From positions 71,352 through 135,351 of the forward strand of contig CAVRXQ010000003.1 of NCBI GenBank assembly GCA_963725215.1: 64,000 nt of DNA, written 5' to 3'. Below, in pieces: positions 50,430-58,288 of the stretch. The notes beneath the pieces are model-generated. The model ran no database searches. It was not told the DNA's origin and was given only the letters and a program-made list of their open reading frames with translations. How positions within the stretch are numbered: the stretch's first letter is position 1; the number at the start of each line of letters is the position of its first letter. The stretch comes from an uncultured Acidimicrobiaceae bacterium (lineage in GTDB: Bacteria; Actinomycetota; Acidimicrobiia; Acidimicrobiales; Bog-793). The position numbers and the translations under genes were made by a program.

Positions 50430-51201
50430 GCACCGCGACTTCCGCGCGAAGCGATCGCTTGGACGCCGAGCCGCTCAGAGCCTCGTAGTGCTCGCCCACG
50501 AGGCGCGCCAGATCGACCCTGGAACTTACGCCGAGCTTGCGAAACACCTGTCGCAAATGGGAGTCGACGGTGTGTCGCGAAACGAAGATCTGACAAGCGG
50601 TTTCCTTGTTCGTGAGTCCCCGCGAGACGAGTTCTGCGACCCTCCGTTCTACATCGGTGAGCTCAGTCCAACCTGTCATAAGCGCGAGATCGAGAGAGAA
50701 GGGAGCGAGCGACTCATTCTGTTCAGATGACGTTCTGTGCGGCACCCGTGATCGGTCGAGGCCGAGACGTAACACCGCGCCGAGGACCTGGCTTTCGGCA
50801 CTGACGAGAGTGCAGCAAGCCTGAACCGTGATTCCGTTTCTCAGCACCAATTTCTGAACGGCATTCGTACGCTCGCGAACTGTGTGCCAGACCCATTCGC
50901 AAAGTATTCGCCGATCCACTGGCTGAAGCAGCTCTGACGCACTTGAGTTGGCGATGATCATGCCTTCGCTGATAGCGATTACTGGTCCCCTTGTGCGATC
51001 CCGGATACGAATGAAAGCTTCAAGGACGAGCCGGTCTCCGTCCTCGCGACGAAAACCGTTTGCCGGCTGGTCGTGGCAATCAATGGGTCCGGGTGCGCCG
51101 ACATTCGCGATCGCCGCCTCGGGCCAGTTCATCGCTGCAGTCGCGCTCTTCACTGGCTCGTCGATCGGTCCAACTCGATCGGAACTGGGAAGACCACCCA
51201 T
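50413..51201 (-). CDS. LuxR-family regulator with N-terminal sensor-like domain
   Basis: C-terminal 'LTDVERRVAELVSRGLTNKETACQIFVSRHTVDSHLRQVFRKLGV'. Confidence 0.85.
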   Translation of the reverse strand: MGGLPSSDRVGPIDEPVKSATAAMNWPEAAIANVGAPGPIDCHDQPANGFRREDGDRLVLEAFIRIRDRTRGPVIAISEGMIIANSSASELLQPVDRRILCEWVWHTVRERTNAVQKLVLRNGITVQACCTLVSAESQVLGAVLRLGLDRSRVPHRTSSEQNESLAPFSLDLALMTGWTELTDVERRVAELVSRGLTNKETACQIFVSRHTVDSHLRQVFRKLGVSSRVDLARLVGEHYEALSGSASKRSLRAEVAVLEDIG

Positions 51202-51407
51202 TCGCCGTCGAGACCGTAACGAACCACGTGGATGCCACTTTGACCGTCCGTGATGGCCATCGCGCTAGCCCCCGCCCGATCAATCCGACTACTTCGGGGA
51301 ACGAGCCGCCAGGGCCGAATGTCCTCGGGACGTGTGCCCGGCCTCGTTGCCCCCTCCGCGGCGGTTTTCTCCCGCTTCGCGCTCGGGCCTCTCCCCCCGA
51401 CGCGAGG

Positions 51408-51585
51408 TGGTGCAGGTGAGCGGATTCGAACCCGACTTCCACGTTGCGAATATGGTCGGACGCACCGTTGCGGCCCGCGTGTTGCGCGTCCGGTGCTTCC
51501 CACCTGGTACAGAACTAGGAACCAAATTCGCAACCAATGAACCGTGCGGCCGGGTCGACACGCCCATTCGCGCCCGTGTCCGAAG
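51408..51585 (-). repeat. tRNA-like module, copy A (decayed)
   Basis: Starts 'TGGTGCAGGTGAGCGGATTCGAACC' (reverse complement of a T-arm/acceptor/CCA). Aligns over ~180 nt with 54275-54455. Confidence 0.7.
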
Positions 51586-51632
51586 TTTTCAGATCGTGGT
51601 GAAAAGTAGAGGCGATTGGGGTATCGATTTTT

Positions 51633-53753
51633 CTAGGAGCGTGCTCTCAATTTGCGGAAGCGACGCCGACGGATCTCGCCAAGTGCCACAAGACCGATAC
51701 CGATTGCGAAGATAGGCCAGACGAACCGTCCCGAGCCAGCGAAGAACATTCCGGTGTGCGCGCACGTGGCGCACCTGACCGGCTTAGCCGGCGGCAGAGG
51801 CACTTTTACCACGATGTGCACCGTGTTCGTCTTGCACCTCGGGGACGAGCAGCTCGGCGTGTTCTTGTTCGAGTACAACGCGTAATTCGGTATCACCTCG
51901 CCGCTCACGTCGTTCGCGTTCACCTTCACGCTGAACGTCACCGTCGCCGAATCACCGCCGCCGAGGGTGATGCCAATCCAGTGCACCGAGCCACTGGATA
52001 CGGAGACCGAACAGCCGCTCGCCCCGTGACAGTCGGCCGACGCGCTCACGTACGTCGTGCCCGACGGGATCGTGTCGGCGACGTCGATTCCCGACGCCGA
52101 CGTCTTGCCCGAGTTCGAAAGCACGATGCCGTACGAGACGACGGAACCGGGTCGGACCACCGAACCCGACGGCGGATGTTGGGTCTTTTGCGCGGTAATG
52201 CGCGGTCCGCCTGCGGGTGGAGCCGGGGGCAGCGACGTCGTGGTCGCCTCGGTCGCGACGCTCTCCTGGCCACAAGATGCCGTGAACGACGAATAGTTCG
52301 GGTTTGTCGAGTTGTAGGTGAATTGCCAGTAATACGTCGTGGCCTTCGACAGCGGCCCGCTGCTCGTCGACGTCGCTTCCGCGGGATTCGCGTTCGTCAA
52401 CGTCTCTGTGTCGCTGAAAACCGGGGAGCCCGAGCAGCTCGCGTTGTCGTACAGCGCGAAGTTCACCGAACCCGTCGCGTTACCGGTCGTCGCAGCGGAG
52501 AGCACGGTCACGCTCGCGGTGTCCTTGATCGTCGAACCGACCGGGACGACGTACGAGGTGCTGTTCGCGCCGGACTGCGAGGTGCTGCCGTTTGGAGCCG
52601 TCGCGCTCTGGATAGTCGAAAGCCCGGGAACGACGAGGTTCGTGCAGAACTCTCCGACATCGCCTCCCCCGGGGCGCTGGGTTTGGTCGCCATCGTGTTC
52701 GATCACCTGGAAGCGGTAGGTGTCTCCAGGCGTGAGGTGCAGCGCGCTCAAGTTCCAGGTGACCTCGGCCCCGTAGCCTTCATCACCGAGCGCGGCGAAA
52801 CCGCCGGAGGGGGTGTCCGCGTTCGGCCCGAGCTCCCAGTCGTTCCTGGTGCCCGGCAACGCGCGGGAGTAGATTCCGCCGCTCACCGAGCCTGTAGACC
52901 AAGTGCCGTAGACCGCGCTGATGAAGCCCAGGGGTGTGCCACCTTGCTGCCAGTCGTTCGCGTAGTACGCGGGGTCGGAGGGCGTGGCAATCGTCCCGTT
53001 CGACTGCGTCAAGTTCGTGATGTAGAGCGCGGGATACATCGGACGCGAGGCCGTTCCGCTAGTTCCGGTCGCGCTCGCAAGCGAGAAATCTGTCGCTGTC
53101 GAATCGCCAAGCTGTGCATTGGTTACCGAGCCGTAGACGGTGCTCACCGTCGACCCAGCGGGGTACGCGTGTACGCCGGTGTCAAACGAATCCACCGAGA
53201 TCGTCGTAGGTGTCGGGCTGGCTGCAACGTCGGCGCTGACGGTGAGAGCGATCGGCACGGGATAGCCAGAGTTCAGCGTAAGCGTCTCGCCCTTGGTGAT
53301 CGACACCGGTAACGAGCTGAGATTCAGCGACGTCACAAAAATTGCGCCCGCCGGGAGGCCGGTCGCGAGCGTCGCGGTCGCGGCCGGCTGCCACTGGGAG
53401 ATAGGTGAGCTCCCGGTGTTTACGCCAAGCGACAGAGCGTTCTCGTCGTTGGCGAACGCGCCGAGGTGCGCGCTGGCGCCAGAGCCGAAGATCTCTAGAT
53501 CGCGCAGCACCGTGCTCTCGGTGAACGTAAAGCCGGAGCCGTACGAGCCGGACGATGTCGTCGATGTATTCGCGTGGTAGTCGGCGTACTGCGAGGACAA
53601 CGCCGGATAGCCGCAGCTATCGGTCCCCGTTGGAGGTGGCAGCAACGACTGCGCGCCAGCCGCGCTCTCGAACGCGATCGGTGCGAGCATGCTTGCTAGC
53701 AGCAACGCTACCGTCGCCGCTGGTCCCATACCTCTTGAAAGGAACAGCTTCAC
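51633..53753 (-). CDS. S/T-rich secreted protein with DUF11-like repeat domain and sortase-type C-terminal sorting signal
   Basis: Signal peptide 'ATVALLLASMLAPIAFESAAGAQS' and 'VADTIPSGTTYVSAS' (DUF11-like). C-terminus reads 'CAHTG' plus a hydrophobic stretch plus 'RRRRFRKLRARS'. Confidence 0.75.
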   Translation of the reverse strand: MKLFLSRGMGPAATVALLLASMLAPIAFESAAGAQSLLPPPTGTDSCGYPALSSQYADYHANTSTTSSGSYGSGFTFTESTVLRDLEIFGSGASAHLGAFANDENALSLGVNTGSSPISQWQPAATATLATGLPAGAIFVTSLNLSSLPVSITKGETLTLNSGYPVPIALTVSADVAASPTPTTISVDSFDTGVHAYPAGSTVSTVYGSVTNAQLGDSTATDFSLASATGTSGTASRPMYPALYITNLTQSNGTIATPSDPAYYANDWQQGGTPLGFISAVYGTWSTGSVSGGIYSRALPGTRNDWELGPNADTPSGGFAALGDEGYGAEVTWNLSALHLTPGDTYRFQVIEHDGDQTQRPGGGDVGEFCTNLVVPGLSTIQSATAPNGSTSQSGANSTSYVVPVGSTIKDTASVTVLSAATTGNATGSVNFALYDNASCSGSPVFSDTETLTNANPAEATSTSSGPLSKATTYYWQFTYNSTNPNYSSFTASCGQESVATEATTTSLPPAPPAGGPRITAQKTQHPPSGSVVRPGSVVSYGIVLSNSGKTSASGIDVADTIPSGTTYVSASADCHGASGCSVSVSSGSVHWIGITLGGGDSATVTFSVKVNANDVSGEVIPNYALYSNKNTPSCSSPRCKTNTVHIVVKVPLPPAKPVRCATCAHTGMFFAGSGRFVWPIFAIGIGLVALGEIRRRRFRKLRARS

Positions 53754-54274
53754 CGCTCAACCGGCCTTTCGCTTACTCACCCGGTTCAAGCGCGTCGGTT
53801 TCGCCATTCCCTCTTCCGCCCAACGTGGCGACCAGATGGTCGGGCGGGATCTGCGGTACGCGTCTATTTGGGTTTTGATCGTCAATGGCTCATTGCCGTC
53901 CGGAGTGGAGACCCCCTCTGTTCGTTTCTTCGACTGCGATTTCCGACATTCCGGGCTGTCGAAAAGTTCTCTCCGGACGAGTGAACATTAGAGGCGTGTG
54001 CGACGATCTGCTGAGCGAGCAGAAATTTCAATCGCTCGTCCACATTCTGCACATCGCACCCAGTGCCCACTGACCCATTTTGGGCTTGCCACGATCGGTG
54101 GCGCGAACTTCAGAGGACGTTACGGCGCCCAGATCTGCACGGGTCGTTTCGGTCAGCGCGTCCACCAAGACCGCAGCCGCCACGGGCCAAAGGGGGTCGC
54201 TGACCGGCGGCGCGCACGGGGGAAGATGGACAAGTGAGACGCCCGCAAAAACAAGGCCTCAAATGGGATCGTTT

Positions 54275-54473
54275 TGGTGGAGGTGAGCGGACTCGAACCG
54301 CCGACTTCCACGTTGCGAATATGGTCGGATGCAACGTTGCGATCTCGGTAATCCAGGTCCACTACTTCTCACCTGGTACAGAACTAGGAACCGATTCGAA
54401 GCCAACGCACCGTCGGGTCGGGTCGACGCGCCCGTTCGCGCCCGCGTTCAAAGGGTTCTTGGAACGGTCCTTG
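54275..54473 (-). repeat. tRNA-like module, copy B (3' half of a tRNA-Ala(CGC)-like sequence plus conserved tail)
   Basis: Minus-strand sense reads CCATA-TTCGCAA-CGTGG-AAGTC-GGCGG-TTCGAGT-CCGCT-CACCTCC-A-CCA. No D-arm or 5' acceptor sits at the expected distance. Confidence 0.7.
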
Positions 54474-54539
54474 TGACCTTGCCCCCAAAAAGTGGACCAC
54501 CTCATATGGCAACTTGGCCCTGTCTGACAGGAGCCAGAG

Positions 54540-54848
54540 ATGCCGAGGCACCACCCAGCAGACCTTCGACGTGAGGCGTGCGAGCGAATGCTCGCCGGAG
54601 CCCCGATAAAAGACGTCGCCGAATCCCTCGGCGTGTCCCCGAGGACCCTCTACAAGTGGCGCCGCCAGGCGCTCATCGACGCCGGCCGTCGACCCGGGGT
54701 GAAGAGCTACGAAGCAGACCCCTTAGCCCAGGCACGACGGCGCATCAAAGAGCTTGAAGATGAGCTCGAGGTCGTCAAAGCGGCGAGCGCTCTTTTCGAG
54801 GAGGGCGCCGTCGACCCAAAAGGAAGTACCAGGTTGTCCGAAAGCTGA
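54540..54848 (+). CDS. IS3-family transposase OrfA (outer element)
   Basis: HTH 'IKDVAESLGVSPRTLYKWRRQ' plus a leucine-zipper-like 'IKELEDELEVVKAA'. Confidence 0.85.
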   Translation: MPRHHPADLRREACERMLAGAPIKDVAESLGVSPRTLYKWRRQALIDAGRRPGVKSYEADPLAQARRRIKELEDELEVVKAASALFEEGAVDPKGSTRLSES

Positions 54849-55162
54849 GCAACCTGGGCTACTCAGAGCGTCGCGGCTGTGCGGTCGTCGGTCTTGACCG
54901 CTCGACCTACTACGACATCAAGTTCAGAAAGCCACACGACCGAGAGATCCGGCGCGTGCTGTTGGCCGACGCGATCTCAGACATCCACGCCCGCTCTCGG
55001 GGCACCTACGGCATCCTTCGCATCCGCGCCGCCTTGGAGATCGAACAGGGGATGATCGTCAACACCAAGCTCGTCAGAAAGATCATGCGACAGCTCGGAT
55101 TGAAGGGCCTGCCAGGGCCGAGAAAGGGGGTGAAGAACTTAAAGAACGCCCCGACGTGTGAG
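54826..55162 (+). pseudogene. Outer IS3 OrfB, fragment 1 (N-terminal, -1 frame)
   Basis: 'KRKYQVVRKLSNLGYSERRGCAVVGLDRSTYY...GTYGILRIRAALE...LKNAPTCE', cut by the inner IS at 55163. Confidence 0.8.
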
Positions 55163-55193
55163 TGAATCGCCCTGGGTCTGATGGAGACTCGGG

Positions 55194-56096
55194 CTATTGG
55201 ATTCCAACGAGTTGCTGATGTGATTGCTTGGCGAGGAACGCCTCCTCGAACTCAGCCGGTGGGACGTAGCCGAGATACTCATGCAAGCGCTCTGAGTTGT
55301 ACCAGTGCACCCATGAGAGCGTCGCGAGCTCGACGTCGTCGACGGTCCGCCAGGGTCCTTGGCCGGGCCCGCGGATCAGCTCTGTTTTGTAGGCACCGTT
55401 CATCGCCTCGGCGAGCGCGTTGTCGAACGCGTCGCCGACCGAGCCGATCGACGGCACGGCACCGAGATCCGTGAGCGCCTCGCCATAGCGAACAGACGTG
55501 AACTGACCGCCGGCATCCGAGTGACTGACCAACCCCTCGAGCACCGTCCCCCGTTTCCATCGCGCCATCTGAAGCGCGTCGAGCACCATCTCGGTGCGCA
55601 TGTGGGTGGCGACACGCCAGGCGACGATCATCCGTGAGAAGGCGTCGGTGATGAAACAGACGTAGGCAAAGCCCGACCAGGTGGCGACGTAGGTGATGTC
55701 GCTCACCCACAGGCGGTTCGGACGATCGGCCACGAAGCGACGCTCGACGAGATCGGGGTGACGAGCAGCCTTGTCGTCGGGCCTCGTCGTGCGGTGCTTC
55801 TTCCCCCTGCGCAGGCCCTCGATCCCAGCCATTTTCATCAGGCGGGCGACCTGGTCGCGTCCGACGTCGTGGCCGGCGCGCCGGGCGGACTTCCAGAGCT
55901 TTCTTGCCCCATAGACCCGGAAGTTCGCGCTCCACAGCGCGACGAGGATCGGGATCAACAGCGCGTCACGCCGTGCACACGCTGATGGTGGCCGTGACTT
56001 CGCCGCGTAGTAGGTGCTCTGGGCCACCTGCAACTGACGGCAGATGGGCTCGACCCCGAACACCTCTTTGTGCTCGTCGATGTAGCGGACCATCAC
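55194..56096 (-). CDS. IS3-family transposase OrfB (inner element, DDE/rve domain)
   Basis: 'LWVSDITYV', 'HSDAGGQFTS', 'GSVGDAFDNALAEAMNGAYKTE' and 'YNSERLHEYLG'. Overlaps the OrfA stop. Confidence 0.9.
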   Translation of the reverse strand: MMVRYIDEHKEVFGVEPICRQLQVAQSTYYAAKSRPPSACARRDALLIPILVALWSANFRVYGARKLWKSARRAGHDVGRDQVARLMKMAGIEGLRRGKKHRTTRPDDKAARHPDLVERRFVADRPNRLWVSDITYVATWSGFAYVCFITDAFSRMIVAWRVATHMRTEMVLDALQMARWKRGTVLEGLVSHSDAGGQFTSVRYGEALTDLGAVPSIGSVGDAFDNALAEAMNGAYKTELIRGPGQGPWRTVDDVELATLSWVHWYNSERLHEYLGYVPPAEFEEAFLAKQSHQQLVGIQ

Positions 56097-56413
56097 TTCT
56101 GTGGGCGGTCGAGCTCCGCCGCGAAGAAAGCCGACGCAGAGCGCAGGATCGCGTTGGCACGTCGGAGCTCTTTCACCTCCTTTTCGAGCTCAGTGATCTG
56201 CTTGCGCTCGTCGGTCGTCGTCCCGGGGCGCTCGCCCGAGTCGATGAGGGTCTGCTTCAACCAGTTGCGCAGTGACTCCGCCCCGACACCGAGCTGCCGG
56301 GCGATGCGCGTGATCGCGTTGTGATCGTTCGGATCAGCGGCTCGGGCCTCGAGGACCATCCGCACCGCCCGCTCCTTCAGCTCAGGCGGGTACCTCTTTT
56401 GTGGGTCTCCCAT
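56093..56413 (-). CDS. IS3-family transposase OrfA (inner element)
   Basis: 'RYPPELKERAVRMV' and 'ITRIARQLGVGAESLRNWLKQ'. Confidence 0.9.
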   Translation of the reverse strand: MGDPQKRYPPELKERAVRMVLEARAADPNDHNAITRIARQLGVGAESLRNWLKQTLIDSGERPGTTTDERKQITELEKEVKELRRANAILRSASAFFAAELDRPQK

Positions 56414-56464
56414 GTCTCCAACCTTTCCAAGGTTTGGAGCCTCCAGGAAACCCAGGGCGATTCA

Positions 56465-56713
56465 GAGGACCTCGTCGATCGCAACTTCGCAGCCAACGGC
56501 CCAAACGAGCTGTGGCTGACAGACATCACCGAGCACACGACGACCGAGGGAAAGCTCTACTGCTGCGTCGTCTTAGACTGCTACTCGAGAAAGGTGGTCG
56601 GCTGGGCGATCGACCGGCACTGTGAGGCAACACTCGTCAACGACGCGCTCAGCAAAGCTGGCTCGACGAGGACGACGTCATCGACGGTGATCCACTCGGA
56701 TCACGGCACCCAG
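56465..56713 (+). pseudogene. Outer IS3 OrfB, fragment 2
   Basis: 'DLVDRNFAANGPNELWLTDITEHTTTEGKLYCCVVLDCYSRKVVGWA...VIHSDHGTQ', cut by IS30 at about 56714. Confidence 0.8.
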
Positions 56714-57849
56714 GGCGAATTCAACTGGTCGTCGCAACACCTCGATGATGGAGGTTTTGCATGGGCGTTCGGGAACGGCAGCGAACCGTTCAGCTCTATC
56801 GAGGGCAGATTCCGTCGCCTGGACGACCGACAGTGGCCTGGCGCGAGGATCGGGTCAGGTTCTGGGCGGCAGTCGCTCGTGGCGTGCAGACCGAGGACGC
56901 GGCGGAAGAGGCGGGCGTGTCCGCGCCGGTCGCGTTCCGGTGGTTCCGTCACGCTGGGGGCGTGAACCCTGCTCTCGCTCCTTCGGTCTCGGGCCGCTAT
57001 CTGTCGTTCTCAGAACGTGAGGACATCGCGATCTGGCGCGCGCAAGAGGTTGGCGTTCGCGAGATCGCCCGACGGCTCGGGCGGAACGCGTCGACGATCT
57101 CGCGCGAGGTCCGCCGCAACGCATCGACACGGACCTACCGGCTCGACTACAAGGCGTCGACCGCGCAGTGGCATGCCGAACGGCGGGCCAGGCGGCCGAA
57201 GGTCGCCAAGCTGGTCACGAACGAGCAGCTGCGCATCTACGTGCAGGATCGGTTGTCGGGCGTGGTCCAGACCTCAGATGGCCGCGTCGTCGGTCCGTCC
57301 GGTCCGCAGTGGAAGGGGCGCAACAAGCCGCACCGTGGGGACCGATGTTGGGTGACGGGATGGAGCCCCGAGCAGATCGCGAAGCGGCTCAAGGTCGATT
57401 TCCCCGATGATGCATCCATGCGGGTCAGCCACGAAGCGATCTACCAAGCTCTCTACGTCGAAAGCCGCGGCGCGCTCCGGCGCGAGCTCGTCGCTTGTCT
57501 GCGCACCGGCCGCGCGCTGCGCGTCCCCAGGGCCCGGGCAAAGCGGCGGCAAGGAGCTGTCTGCTTCACGCCCAGTTCAAGATCGAGACGGGCATCCCCG
57601 TGTACTTCGCCGATCCGCACAGCCCCTGGCAACGCGGGACAAACGAGAACACGAACGGACTTCTTCGCCAGTATTTCCCGAAGGGCACTGACCTGTCGCG
57701 ATGGTCTGCCGAAGAGATCGAAGCCGTTGCCAACGTGTTGAATTCCAGGCCGCGCAAGACCCTCGGCTGGAAGACACCAGCAGAAGCACTCGACGAACAT
57801 CTACTCTCGCTTCAACAAGCTGGTGTTGCGACGATTGATTGAACCTGGT
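56714..57849 (+). mobile_element. IS30-family element with internal deletion
   Basis: Inverted ends '...TTCAACTGGTCGTCGCAACACC' and (reverse complement) '...TTCAATCAATCGTCGCAACACC'. Likely CAG duplication. End coordinates are +/- a few nt. Confidence 0.7.
56761..57842 (+). pseudogene. IS30-family transposase, missing the central DDE segment and frameshifted
   Basis: N-terminus 'SFSEREDIAIWRAQEVGVREIARRLGRNASTISREVRRN...WSPEQIAKRLKVDFPDD'. It jumps to 'QGKELSA/HAQFKIETGIPVYFADPHSPWQRGTNENTNGLLRQY' in other frames. Confidence 0.8.
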
Positions 57850-58146
57850 CAGTTCACTTCCTGGGCCTTCACCGAAAACGTCCGTCGACACGAACTGATC
57901 GGTTCGATGGGCACGACCGGCGACTGTTACGACAACGCCCCGATGGAGTCGTTCTGGGGATCGATGCAGATCGAACTCCTCAACCGGCAAAAGTGGACGA
58001 CGATCGCCGAGTTGAGCAAAGCCATTGCCGACTACATCGAGAACTTCTACAACCCGGCGCGACGACATAGCTCGCTCGAGTACCTGACCCCGAACGAATT
58101 CGAAGACCTACACTCACCAACCCAAACCCAGACCACGTTGTCATAA
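57850..58146 (+). pseudogene. Outer IS3 OrfB, fragment 3 (C-terminal)
   Basis: 'FTSWAFTENVRRHELIGSMGTTGDCYDNAPMESFWGSMQIELL...YNPARRHSSLEYLTP'. Confidence 0.8.
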
Positions 58147-58180
58147 CCGTGGTCCACTCGATGGGGTCCAGGGCATTGAA

Positions 58181-58255
58181 TGGAGGCGATGGGACTCGAA
58201 CCCCGAACTCCTGACCGCCAGAAGCTGCGCCCCCGCCCGAGATTTCACCGCCTCT
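58181..58255 (-). other. Decayed tRNA-like sequence (good T-loop/acceptor 3' strand; stems do not close)
   Basis: 'TGGAGGCGATGGGACTCGAACCCC...' is the reverse complement of ...GGGGTTCGAGTCCCATCGCCTCCA. The 5' acceptor complement AGAGGCG is present 75 nt away. T-stem has 3 of 5 pairs, and no convincing anticodon or D arms were found. Confidence 0.4.
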
Positions 58256-58288
58256 GTGCGCGTCCAATTCGCGATCACGACCTCCGCG

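Larger units (their letters stand above)
55163..56464 (-). mobile_element. Intact IS3-family element (inner), inserted into outer OrfB
   Basis: The termini are 'TGAATCGCCCTGGGTCTGATGGAG' and (reverse complement) 'TGAATCGCCCTGGGTTTCCTGGAG'. GAG duplication at 55160-55162 and 56465-56467. Confidence 0.9.
54474..58175 (+). mobile_element. IS3-family element (outer), disrupted by two nested insertions
   Basis: IRL is 'TGACCTTGCCCCCAAAAAGTGGACCAC'. IRR (reverse complement) is 'TGCCCTGGACCCCATCGAGTGGACCAC'. TTG duplication at 54471-54473 and 58176-58178. Confidence 0.85.

Noticed and set aside
51756-53312. 518-aa plus-strand ORF
   Set aside because: It lies opposite the wall-anchored protein gene. 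It is an Arg-rich nonsense translation.
53754-54274. Possible small genes or gene fragments upstream of the wall-anchored protein gene
   Set aside because: Only short frames under 65 aa are present. One ('AVLVDALTETTRADLGAVTSSEVRATDRGKP') looks vaguely protein-like, but it has no start context or recognisable family. Evidence is insufficient.
54275-54376. Complete class-II tRNA or tRNA-Sec (about 100 nt) at module B
   Set aside because: No UCA anticodon loop is present, and no 6-bp D-stem or long variable arm can be drawn. The 5' acceptor pairs at only 5 of 7 positions. The only long stem (ACGTTGC/GCAACGT) encloses a 14-nt loop, which is incompatible with a cloverleaf.
54275-54650. tmRNA (ssrA) hypothesis for the tRNA-like 3' end of module B
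   Set aside because: No GGGG-type 5' end pairs with the acceptor strand and no tag-peptide reading frame is present. The region about 370 nt upstream is IS3 DNA. A second paralogous copy exists, whereas ssrA is single-copy.
58181-58255. Functional 75-nt tRNA
   Set aside because: The T-stem has only 3 Watson-Crick pairs. The candidate anticodon arms (TCT or GGC readings) do not pair, and no D-arm is present. It is kept only as a tRNA-like relic.
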